Below, in pieces: positions 51,068 to 59,411 of a stretch of 64,000 nucleotides of DNA. Source of the stretch: Flavobacteriaceae bacterium. GTDB lineage: Bacteria > Bacteroidota > Bacteroidia > Flavobacteriales > Flavobacteriaceae. The first letter of the stretch is position 1; every line of letters begins with the position of its first letter. A model generated the notes under the pieces. The model was not told the origin of the DNA, did no database searches, and worked only from the letters and a program-made list of their open reading frames with translations. The position numbers and the translations under genes are program-made. The DNA lies in assembly GCA_034111625.1 (NCBI GenBank), contig JAWUWX010000007.1, positions 25,360 to 89,359 on the forward strand. Direction: 5' to 3'.

Positions 51068-51296
51068 TTTAAAACTATATAAATTTTTATAGATAAGAAC
51101 CCTAAATTCGATAAATTTTAAATTGGAATGTGGGAACAATTTCTTATCAAATGTACAACCTATATTCAATTACTTTTCATGAAATAGACAACTGTAAGGA
51201 GAAAATTAATGAATGGTTCGATTTTAACAATGAATTGTAAAATGGAGGTTTATAATGGTAAACGATCACTATAATTAAGAAGTTTGTATAATTGTA

Positions 51297-52331
51297 TTAT
51301 CGGTTTACACCTTGTTTATTAAGCCATTGTTGGTATTTTGTGGCATTTCTGTTATGTTGACTGAGATTTTTTGAAAAAGCATGTTTACCCATATCTTCTA
51401 TGTCAGCACACATATAAAAATATTCGTGCTTTTCTGGGTTTAAAACAGCATTAATCGAGGAAATGTCTGGCATACTAATTGGTCCAGGAGGTAGTCCAGT
51501 ATTCTTATATGTATTGTACTTTGAGTCAATTTTTAGATCTTTGAGTAATACACGTTTAATAATTACTTCTTGACCTAATCTTTGTTTTAAAACAAATATT
51601 ATCGTTGGATCTGCCTGTAATGGCCATTTGTTATTTAACCTATTTAAATATAATCCTGCAACTCTTGGTCTTTCGGTAGTTGTAGCAGTTTCTTTTTGAA
51701 CAATAGAAGCCAATGTAATTACCTGATTTACAGTAAGATGTTGTTTTTTTGCCAGTGCTTTTCTAGAAGGAGTCCAAAAAGAATGATATGCTTTCAACAT
51801 TTTTTTACGGAATTCTTCTGCCGAAGTATTCCAGTAGAACTCATAACTATTAGGAATATACATTCCTAATACAGTTTCTTTATTGAAATTATTATCTTTT
51901 AAAAATTGCTCGTCTTTAAGTGCTTTTAGAATAGTTGTTGAGTCTGGCTCAATCTGTTGTGAAATTCTACCAGCCAATTTTTCAATTGTTTCTTGATTGT
52001 TAAAAGATAACTTTATAGGTGTTTGATTTCCGCTTCTGAGCATATTTACTAGATCATTATTACTCATGCCTTCTTTAATAACATACCTTCCTGCTTTAAT
52101 TACATTCGGATAGTTTTTCTTTTCAGCAACCCATTCAAATGAGTTTTTGTTTTTTAATAATGGTGAAACCTCATTTAGAACTGAATCAAAGTTACTATCT
52201 GAAGGAATGAAAATTATAGCTTTTTTGGAGGTGTTGAGTGCATAAATTTTAGTATAAAAATTAAATAATATAATTCCACCTATCAGTAAGATCAGAGAGG
52301 AAATAATGAGAAAAAGCCTTTTCTTATTCAT
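51297..52331 (-). CDS. mltG: endolytic transglycosylase MltG
   Basis: LASIVQKET, LQADPT, YNTYKNTGLPPGPI and HAFS motifs. Confidence 0.95.
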   Translation of the reverse strand: MNKKRLFLIISSLILLIGGIILFNFYTKIYALNTSKKAIIFIPSDSNFDSVLNEVSPLLKNKNSFEWVAEKKNYPNVIKAGRYVIKEGMSNNDLVNMLRSGNQTPIKLSFNNQETIEKLAGRISQQIEPDSTTILKALKDEQFLKDNNFNKETVLGMYIPNSYEFYWNTSAEEFRKKMLKAYHSFWTPSRKALAKKQHLTVNQVITLASIVQKETATTTERPRVAGLYLNRLNNKWPLQADPTIIFVLKQRLGQEVIIKRVLLKDLKIDSKYNTYKNTGLPPGPISMPDISSINAVLNPEKHEYFYMCADIEDMGKHAFSKNLSQHNRNATKYQQWLNKQGVNR

Positions 52332-52848
52332 GTATCAATTGATATAATAATTCGTTTTTGTAAATTCCACTTGTATAGATCCAGTCTTTTTTTATCCCAA
52401 CTTTCTGAAAGTTTAATTTTTCAAACAGCGCAATACTTTTAAGGTTATCTTCGGTAATGTTGGCGTACAATTGATGTACATCTAGATGTGTGAAAGCGTA
52501 ATTTGCCAATTGCTTTAAGGCTTCAGATGCATATCCTTTATTCTGATATTCTGGATGAATTAAAATACCGATTCCTGCACGACGATGTTTCGGTTCATAA
52601 TCGAATAAGTCGATTAATCCAATGAAAATATTATTTTCACTTCCAGTAATTAAAAGACGTAGTTGTTTTGCTACATATATATCTTGTTGCGCATTTTCAA
52701 GATATTGTTTTAAGAGAAATTTGGAAAAAGGTTTTTGAGTATTACTTATTGCCCAATTTAATTCATCATTCTCAATTTGATAAAGAAAAGTTAAGTCTGT
52801 TGGCTCAAGGGCTCTTAAATTGATATGTTCTCCTGTAAGTGTTATCAT
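52324..52848 (-). CDS. GNAT (RimJ/RimL-like) acetyltransferase
   Basis: LRALEPTD, YQNKGYA and N..SIALFEK motifs. Confidence 0.9.
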   Translation of the reverse strand: MITLTGEHINLRALEPTDLTFLYQIENDELNWAISNTQKPFSKFLLKQYLENAQQDIYVAKQLRLLITGSENNIFIGLIDLFDYEPKHRRAGIGILIHPEYQNKGYASEALKQLANYAFTHLDVHQLYANITEDNLKSIALFEKLNFQKVGIKKDWIYTSGIYKNELLYQLIHE

Positions 52849-53627
52849 TAAAGTATAAAAGTTCCTTGAAAAACTAATTGTGTGGGCCCATTTAAGAAAA
52901 CATTTTTAAAAATAGTATTCTCTTTTATAAAATTAACGGATAATTTTCCGCCTAGTGTTTCGATGTTAATTGTTTCATCATTCGTTTTCTCTATATGATT
53001 GGAGGCGATTGCCACAGCGGTTACTCCTGTACCGCAACTCAATGTTTCATCTTCAACGCCACGTTCGAAGGTTCGCACTTTAAAGGTGTTGGGATTTACT
53101 TGTTCTACAAAATTGACATTTGTTCCTTCTTGAAAATATGGAGCGCCATTCCTTATTTCTCTTCCTAGGTTTTTAACGTCTACTTCAGATACACTTTCGA
53201 CAAACTCAATATGATGAGGTGAGCCTGTATTTAAGAATATATGTGAATCTTGAACTTCTATATTTTCAATATCAGACATTTGTAAATTCACCCTATTACC
53301 ATCAATTGTTGCCTGATGAATTCCATCAATTGCTATGAAGGAAGTTTTGGTATCAATGATATTTAAATATTTGGCAAATGCAACAATACAACGACCGCCA
53401 TTTCCACACATGCTACTTTGATTGCCATCGGCATTGAAATAGACCATTTTAAAATCAGTAGTGTCTGAATTTTCTAACAATATTAATCCATCAGCACCAA
53501 TACCAAATTTCCGATCACATAATTGATGAATCAATTGAGTATTGTCTATTGGAAACTCCTTATTTCTGTTATCAATAATAACAAAATCGTTTCCTGTTCC
53601 TTGGTATTTAAAAAATGAAATATCCAT
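52848..53627 (-). CDS. dapF: diaminopimelate epimerase
   Basis: KYQGTGNDF, GIGADG, MCGNG and ERGVEDETLSCGTG motifs. Confidence 0.97.
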   Translation of the reverse strand: MDISFFKYQGTGNDFVIIDNRNKEFPIDNTQLIHQLCDRKFGIGADGLILLENSDTTDFKMVYFNADGNQSSMCGNGGRCIVAFAKYLNIIDTKTSFIAIDGIHQATIDGNRVNLQMSDIENIEVQDSHIFLNTGSPHHIEFVESVSEVDVKNLGREIRNGAPYFQEGTNVNFVEQVNPNTFKVRTFERGVEDETLSCGTGVTAVAIASNHIEKTNDETINIETLGGKLSVNFIKENTIFKNVFLNGPTQLVFQGTFIL

Positions 53628-53842
53628 TAGTGCAAATGTACATTATTCGGTGGAATTTTTTATTGTTAAATTTTTACAATACTTCTAAATCCTTATGGTT
53701 AGATAAAAGGTAGTTGAAAGTTTTAAATAACTAAATGGTTTACTTTTAAATAGTGTTACGGTAATTTATAGCACACACATATATATAAGGTGTATTTTTA
53801 TTTATATAATTAATCTAAGACTAGTATACCTTATTATATAAT

Positions 53843-54175
53843 GAGGTGATTTAAACTTTTATAATTTTGTTTTAGTGAATTTTTTGAAAGCAATTACGAT
53901 GTTGCGAGATTGTTAAACTTTATCCGCCTCTGTATTGTTTTATGGAACCGGTTAACAAGGAGCGATAACTATACATCCAAGCATTGGATCCTTGTGCTGC
54001 ATCTCAAGTTAAAGGATGGTGTTCGAACAATGCCCGCATTTGTAGTTAATGTCAATGAACACCGGTCTATGGTTTGAAAAGAATGGTATTTAGAATCTCT
54101 ACCCACGGAACGGTTGTAGAAAATCCTTGTTTTGTTCTAGTAATATGCCTTGCCTTTGTTTAGTAAGCCGGGCAT
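53843..54175 (-). mobile_element. decayed, internally deleted IS5-family element (transposase pseudogene)
   Basis: Minus strand reads TRTKQGFSTTVPWVEILNTILFKP*TGVH*H*LQMRALFEHHPLT*DA, joined to SNAWMYSYRSLL/NRFHKT.../IVIAFKKF. These resemble the N- and C-termini of Bacteroidota IS5 transposases as recalled. Ends in GAGGTGATTTAAACTT. Confidence 0.7.
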
Positions 54176-54455
54176 GATGGGTTATTTTTGATTACTTTAC
54201 TTGATTTAAATCAGTTATTGACAGCATTTCTGTTTTAAAAAAAAAGGCTAAATCATTTCAATGTATAATATGTATGATTAAGGATCTGCTTAAATGAAGT
54301 TTAATTCATATAAGTCAAGTATGTCAAATAATTAATACAGGTCATACAAGTCAAAACAAGCCATATAGGTTATTAAAGTTATACAATTCATTAGAACTAC
54401 CCATACTTGATCCTGATAAAGGTGCTATATACTTGTAAAAGCCAACTACTATTAA

Positions 54456-54590
54456 TTGTTAAAAGCAACCCATACTCATTAAAATGTAGATATTAAGGAT
54501 ATTATTCATGTATAATAGGTATAATTACTTGTTAAAAGCAACTAATACTCGTAAAAACGCCCATATTAAGGGCTTTATTCATGTATAATA
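54456..54590 (+). repeat. imperfect 62-bp direct repeat, period 73 bp
   Basis: TTGTTAAAAGCAAC..ATACTC...ATATTAAGG...TTATTCATGTATAATA at 54456-54517 and 54529-54590. Confidence 0.85.
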
Positions 54591-54723
54591 ATCATATTAA
54601 ATTGCAAAAAGAAAGTTATTTAAATTAATACATAACATACTGATAATCATAAACATAAGTTATATTATAGACGTAATAAACCTACGCAATGTTAGAATAT
54701 TTTACATATAATTATAAATATAC

Positions 54724-54753
54724 TTGTCAAATAGGAATTATTTTTTAATTTTG
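54724..54753 (+). promoter_or_regulatory. Bacteroidota primary-sigma promoter of the surface-lipoprotein operon
   Basis: TTG (54724-54726) - 19 nt - TAATTTTG (54746-54753), about 55 nt before the ATG. Confidence 0.65.
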
Positions 54754-54807
54754 TGATTGCGTTTTGCAAGCAATAAACTATTAATTAATATTTAATCAAT
54801 TGAAAAA

Positions 54808-57558
54808 ATGAAAAAAATGAAAACTTTAGCATTACTGTTCTTGGCAGTAATTATATCGAGTACTGGATTGACTTCCTGTATAGATGAAGAAATAGATCCA
54901 GCAGTTGCTGCGATCTATCAAAATCAAGCCTTGCTTTTATCAAGTCAAGCGAGTTTAAATGATGCGAAAGCGACTTATCAAATAGCATTAGCGAATTTAC
55001 AAGATGCTTATGCTGCTGCTGCTTTAAGTGCTGCAGCCGATGATTCTGCTGAATCTGCACAAGATGTTCTTTCACAAGCTGCCATGACTCAAATTCAAGT
55101 TGCTGCTGCTGCTCAAAGTCTTTCAGAGGATGAGGAGTATTTATCATTACAAATTGCTATGAATGCAATTTATCTTGAAGAAGCTTTAGCTGAATTAGAA
55201 TTGGCGCAATTAGAATGGGAAGCTGATATGGTTAGTTTACAGGCTGCTATTGATGACGCTTACGTTTCTTTAGCTAGTGGTTACTTTAATAGTTATATGT
55301 CTGCTAAAAATGCTGCAATTATTCAGGAAGGTTTAGCAATGATGAAACAGAGCGACATTGAAGTTGCTCAGTTGTTAATTCAGACCGCAGGTAATGTTAC
55401 CTGGGAGTACTACCTAGCACAACAACAAGATATATTGACTGGCCTACAAGCTGATTTAGCGTCTCAAGAAGCAGCTGCTGCAACTTTAGCATCTGTTATT
55501 GCAGATCCTTCAACTTCTGCATCTTTATCTTCTGAATTGCAAGTATCGCTTGAGGAAAATAATGCAGCTTACGATGCATTGGAAGTGGACATGGCTGTTT
55601 TAGAATCTGAATTGAATCCATTAATGGGAGCAATTATGGGTATGGGTGAATTAGACGAAACTTATCATGATGCAGAAGCTGATCTTAATATGACTCAAGC
55701 GATTGTTGAAACTATAGAAGAAGACATTGTGTCTTTAGAAGAAGATGTTGCTGAAGCAGAACTGGCTCTTGCAGATAATCCTACATATTTGACTGGCCTA
55801 CAAGCTGATATAGATACTGCAGAAGCTGCTGTAGTTACTGCTGGAGTCGATGGAGTCGCTGCTGTAGCCGCTGATGTAGACGCTACTGGCGTTGCTGTAG
55901 ACGCTGCTGTGGCTGCTGCGGACGCTGCTGTAGAGGCTGCTCAAACTGCTGCTGACGCTGCTGTCGCTGCTGCTGCTGTTGCTGACGCTGCTGCTGACGC
56001 TGCTGCTGATGTTGCTAGCGCTGCTGTAGTTACTGCTAACGCTGCTGTAGTTACTGCTGCAGACGCTTTAATTGCAAAAGATGCTAGACAAGCTGAATGG
56101 GATGCTCAAGAAAATGCTGTAAATGATGCTGCTTCAGCATTAGTTACTGCTACAAATGCTGCTGCTGCCAATGATGGTGCTGCTGTAGAATTACTTGTTC
56201 TTACTGCTGAAACAGCTGCTCAGGCATCTGCAGTAGTTGAATATGATCTTGCAAGATCATTATTTGATGCTGATCCTACTGGAACTACGTATACACAAGA
56301 TTATGCTGGTGCTGATGGTGAATTAGGAGATCATAGTGATACTTTCCCGGATTCTTATAGAGAAGTATTAACAGTTGTTACAACTCCTCAATCGGATGCT
56401 GCTGATGTAATGTTTGTAGGTCCTGTATATACTGATGGAACTGTAGCTCCAGTTGTTGGAAACTATACTTTTAATTCATGGGGTTCCATGGTTACTGGTG
56501 GTGGTGATGACGAAGGTAATTACTGGAATGTTGAACTTGATGATTTAACTGCTCCGTCAAACGTAGATAGATTTACTACTGCAACTACAAAAAAATTAGA
56601 TGCTGATGCTATTCTAGAGACAGCTCAAGCAGACTATGATACTGCATTAGCTGCTGAAGGTGTAGTTGATCAAAATCTTGTTGATGCAAATACGGAGTAT
56701 AATGCACAAGTTGCAATCTTTGAAGATAATGGAGCTGCAATAGTTCTTGCACAAGGAGTTCTCGACGTTGCTGACGCTGCTGTAGTTACTGCTGACGCTG
56801 CTGTAGTTACTGCTAACGCTGCTGTAGTTACTGCTAACGCTGCTGAAGCTACTGCTGACGCTGCTGTAGTTACTGCTAACGCTGCTGTAGTTACTGCTGG
56901 AACCACTGGAGTCGCTGCTGTAGACGCTGCTGACGCTGCTGCTGACGCTGCTGTAGTCGCTGCTGAAACTGCTGCTGACGCTGCTGTAGATGCTGCTGAA
57001 ACTGCTGTAGAAGTTGCTGAAGATGCATTAGCTGATGCTTTAATATGTGATGCTGATTGTCTGCAACAAGTCATTGATGATATAGAGCATGAGCTTCTTA
57101 AGGAAAAAACTTCTTTAGCAGAGATGCAAGCAGTTCTTACTGAATATCAAGCTCAATTTGATGCTGCTCAAGCTGCTTTGGAGGATCTTCTTTTGACTGT
57201 TGGTGCTGATGTGACTGAAATATTTGCTATGATCAATGAGTTACAATCTATGCAGGCACAATTGGATGCATTGGATATGGAATATGATATGATTGAATTG
57301 GTTCTTGATGCAATTAATTTTGATAATGCAGATCTTCAGGAAACATTAGACGATATGTTAATGGGTATTTCTGCTAGTAATAGTGCGATTGAGTCTCAAG
57401 AAGTTCTTATAGCTTTAGGTTCTATTGATGAAGCTGCTGCTCAATCTGTAATTACACAATTACAAAATGAATTAGTTGTTATAGAAGACCAAATTTTAGC
57501 TTATAACACACTAGCTGCTGAGTACTGGGATTTAATGTTAGCTGCTTTAGCCGGTTAA
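54808..57558 (+). CDS. 916-aa acidic coiled-coil surface lipoprotein, BT1927-like S-layer candidate
   Basis: Lipobox LTSC followed by acidic IDEEID, long heptad helices, Ala-rich repeats, about 12 Lys+Arg in the mature chain, upstream of a BT1926-like barrel. Confidence 0.75.
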   Translation: MKKMKTLALLFLAVIISSTGLTSCIDEEIDPAVAAIYQNQALLLSSQASLNDAKATYQIALANLQDAYAAAALSAAADDSAESAQDVLSQAAMTQIQVAAAAQSLSEDEEYLSLQIAMNAIYLEEALAELELAQLEWEADMVSLQAAIDDAYVSLASGYFNSYMSAKNAAIIQEGLAMMKQSDIEVAQLLIQTAGNVTWEYYLAQQQDILTGLQADLASQEAAAATLASVIADPSTSASLSSELQVSLEENNAAYDALEVDMAVLESELNPLMGAIMGMGELDETYHDAEADLNMTQAIVETIEEDIVSLEEDVAEAELALADNPTYLTGLQADIDTAEAAVVTAGVDGVAAVAADVDATGVAVDAAVAAADAAVEAAQTAADAAVAAAAVADAAADAAADVASAAVVTANAAVVTAADALIAKDARQAEWDAQENAVNDAASALVTATNAAAANDGAAVELLVLTAETAAQASAVVEYDLARSLFDADPTGTTYTQDYAGADGELGDHSDTFPDSYREVLTVVTTPQSDAADVMFVGPVYTDGTVAPVVGNYTFNSWGSMVTGGGDDEGNYWNVELDDLTAPSNVDRFTTATTKKLDADAILETAQADYDTALAAEGVVDQNLVDANTEYNAQVAIFEDNGAAIVLAQGVLDVADAAVVTADAAVVTANAAVVTANAAEATADAAVVTANAAVVTAGTTGVAAVDAADAAADAAVVAAETAADAAVDAAETAVEVAEDALADALICDADCLQQVIDDIEHELLKEKTSLAEMQAVLTEYQAQFDAAQAALEDLLLTVGADVTEIFAMINELQSMQAQLDALDMEYDMIELVLDAINFDNADLQETLDDMLMGISASNSAIESQEVLIALGSIDEAAAQSVITQLQNELVVIEDQILAYNTLAAEYWDLMLAALAG
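55825..56067 (+). repeat. Ala-rich repeat arm 1 (GCTGCTGTAGTTACTGCT units; AAVVTA)
   Basis: Units at 55825, 56020 and 56041 plus GCTGACGCT low-complexity sequence. Confidence 0.85.
56776..56901 (+). repeat. six tandem 21-nt units encoding heptad AAVVTA(D/N/G)
   Basis: GCTGCTGTAGTTACTGCT(G/A)AC x6; the fourth unit is degenerate (AAEATAD) and the sixth ends GGA. Confidence 0.92.
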
Positions 57559-57581
57559 TATTTCTTTAAGAAGAAAAAACT

Positions 57582-57619
57582 AAAAGAACTTGGGAGCAAG
57601 GTAGTTTCCAAGTTCTTTT
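57582..57619 (+). terminator. hairpin / partial terminator between lipoprotein and barrel genes
   Basis: AAAAGAACTTGG / CCAAGTTCTTTT stem. Confidence 0.7.
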
Positions 57620-57653
57620 AAAAATTAATTTTAAACCTTAAAGAACCAAAACA

Positions 57654-59192
57654 ATGAAAAAAAATATAATTTTAAGTTTAGTTTTATTCGTTTCACTTGC
57701 GTTTGTAAGTGTTTACGGACAGGATGTAAACTCAACTGTAGAGACTTCTGAAGACTCTATAGAAGGTTCTGTTGACAACTTATTTGGACCAAGGAAAGGT
57801 GATTTTACTGGGAGATTACTTCTTGGAAAAGGATCCTATTTGAATCGTTTGAATAATCCTACTGATAATGGTACTGTTGGTGCAAACACGCCTAGTGCGT
57901 TAGTTTCTCCTAATCATAATCCTGTTAATATGATAGGTGTTGAAATGGGATACTATCTAAGTAATAGATGGGCATTAACATTAACTGGAGGTACTATTTT
58001 AAGTAATACTCCTTCACAGTTAGGTATTCCTGCTGCTGGTGATTTACCAGAATATTCTGCAGTAATTGCTGATGAAAACATTGATGTAAATGTAACCGTT
58101 GGTGCACAATATTTGTTCAAAACAGAAAGTAAGAAATTATTTCCCTTTATAGGAGTTTCTGTACCATATAACTATGCGAGAAGATCAATGTATGATCCTA
58201 CAATTACTGTAGATGGTGATATTAGAGATTTAGGTGTTGGACATACTGAGACTAATTCTTTTGGTATACAAGCTGTGGCTGGTGTAGATTATTACTTTAC
58301 TGAAGAACTTTTTATGGGAGTAAGAATTGTACCTATGGCATATAATTATGCGTATAGTTCAACATTACCTAGACCTGGTTTACCAGTATTAGAAGCTGAT
58401 AATTTTTCTGCTTCATTTTTTGTACAGCCTTCAATTAGTTTAGGTTTTAACTTTGGAAAAAGAGATCGTGATCTTGATGGTGATGGTGTACTTGATAAAG
58501 ATGATGCTTGTCCTGATGTTGCTGGTGAAGTAGATGGATGTCCTTTTGTAGAACCAGAACCAGTTGATACAGACGGTGACGGTGTTACTGATGATATTGA
58601 CCGTTGTCCTTTTAATGCAGGTCCAAGTGAAACTTGGGGTTGTCCAGATTTTGATAATGATGGTGTACTAGATCTTGATGAAGATGATTTATGTCCAGGT
58701 ATTGCTGGACCTAAAGAAAATAACGGATGTCCTTGGCCTGATACTGATGGCGATGGTGTCCTAGATAAAGATGATAAGTGTATTGATTTAGTTGGTTCAG
58801 CTGATAATGATGGTTGTCCATTAATTGATCAAGATTCCACTAATTTAATTGACGATTATGCTAAAAAGATTTTATTCCAAACGGGTAAATCTAGTTTCCA
58901 AAATGGAATTACTTCCAATTTGGATGAAATTGCAGTTATAATGAATGATTATTCTAAAGCAAAATTCCTTATTGAAGGTCATACTGACAATACTGGGTCT
59001 ACTGCTAGGAATCAAGTGTTATCTGAACAAAGAGCTAATGCTGTTTTAAATTACCTTACATCTACAGGAAATGTAGACTCTGATAGATTAGTTTCTGCAG
59101 GAAGAGGTGAATTGAACCCAGGATTTGACAATAATACTAGTGAGGGTAGAAAGATTAACAGAAGAGTACTAGTTATTACTACAAATAATTAA
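57654..59192 (+). CDS. BT1926-like outer-membrane beta-barrel + thrombospondin type 3 repeats + OmpA C-terminal domain
   Basis: Signal peptide; barrel ending PSISLGFNF; DxDGDGVxDxxDxCP repeats; IEGHTDNTG, LSEQRA and NRRV OmpA motifs. Confidence 0.88.
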   Translation: MKKNIILSLVLFVSLAFVSVYGQDVNSTVETSEDSIEGSVDNLFGPRKGDFTGRLLLGKGSYLNRLNNPTDNGTVGANTPSALVSPNHNPVNMIGVEMGYYLSNRWALTLTGGTILSNTPSQLGIPAAGDLPEYSAVIADENIDVNVTVGAQYLFKTESKKLFPFIGVSVPYNYARRSMYDPTITVDGDIRDLGVGHTETNSFGIQAVAGVDYYFTEELFMGVRIVPMAYNYAYSSTLPRPGLPVLEADNFSASFFVQPSISLGFNFGKRDRDLDGDGVLDKDDACPDVAGEVDGCPFVEPEPVDTDGDGVTDDIDRCPFNAGPSETWGCPDFDNDGVLDLDEDDLCPGIAGPKENNGCPWPDTDGDGVLDKDDKCIDLVGSADNDGCPLIDQDSTNLIDDYAKKILFQTGKSSFQNGITSNLDEIAVIMNDYSKAKFLIEGHTDNTGSTARNQVLSEQRANAVLNYLTSTGNVDSDRLVSAGRGELNPGFDNNTSEGRKINRRVLVITTNN

Positions 59193-59225
59193 TACTTAAG
59201 GGTTAACCTAATTAAGTAAATGTAG

Positions 59226-59258
59226 AAAAGCCACCAATTTTATTGGTGGCTTTTTTTT
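59226..59258 (+). terminator. intrinsic terminator
   Basis: AAAAGCCACCAAT / ATTGGTGGCTTTTTTTT. Confidence 0.9.
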
Positions 59259-59411
59259 GTCTTTTTTTAATAGTTTTACAACTTTTGTTAATTTTTGATG
59301 AGGTTTGTAATTATGAACATTTTTTTTTGTTAAAATTGCGTTAATCTGTTTTTATGATGGCAATAAATTTATAATTTTGAGTGTTAAATAATAAATCCAA
59401 ACAGAAATAAG

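Noticed and set aside
54456-54590. Possible CRISPR array
   Set aside because: Only two long imperfect units, the inter-block sequences are themselves similar, and no cas genes are present.
54684-54762. Invertible promoter flanked by ACGCAAT / ATTGCGT
   Set aside because: The inverted repeat is only 7 bp and does not extend, and no recombinase is nearby. Not supportable without reads showing both orientations.
55825-57040. Type I antifreeze-protein-like Ala/Thr repeat
   Set aside because: Thr periodicity is 7, not the 11 of type I antifreeze proteins; a coiled-coil heptad explains it better.
56670-57074. 134-aa Ala/Ser/Thr ORF on the minus strand
   Set aside because: Antisense shadow of the GCT-rich repeat in the lipoprotein gene.
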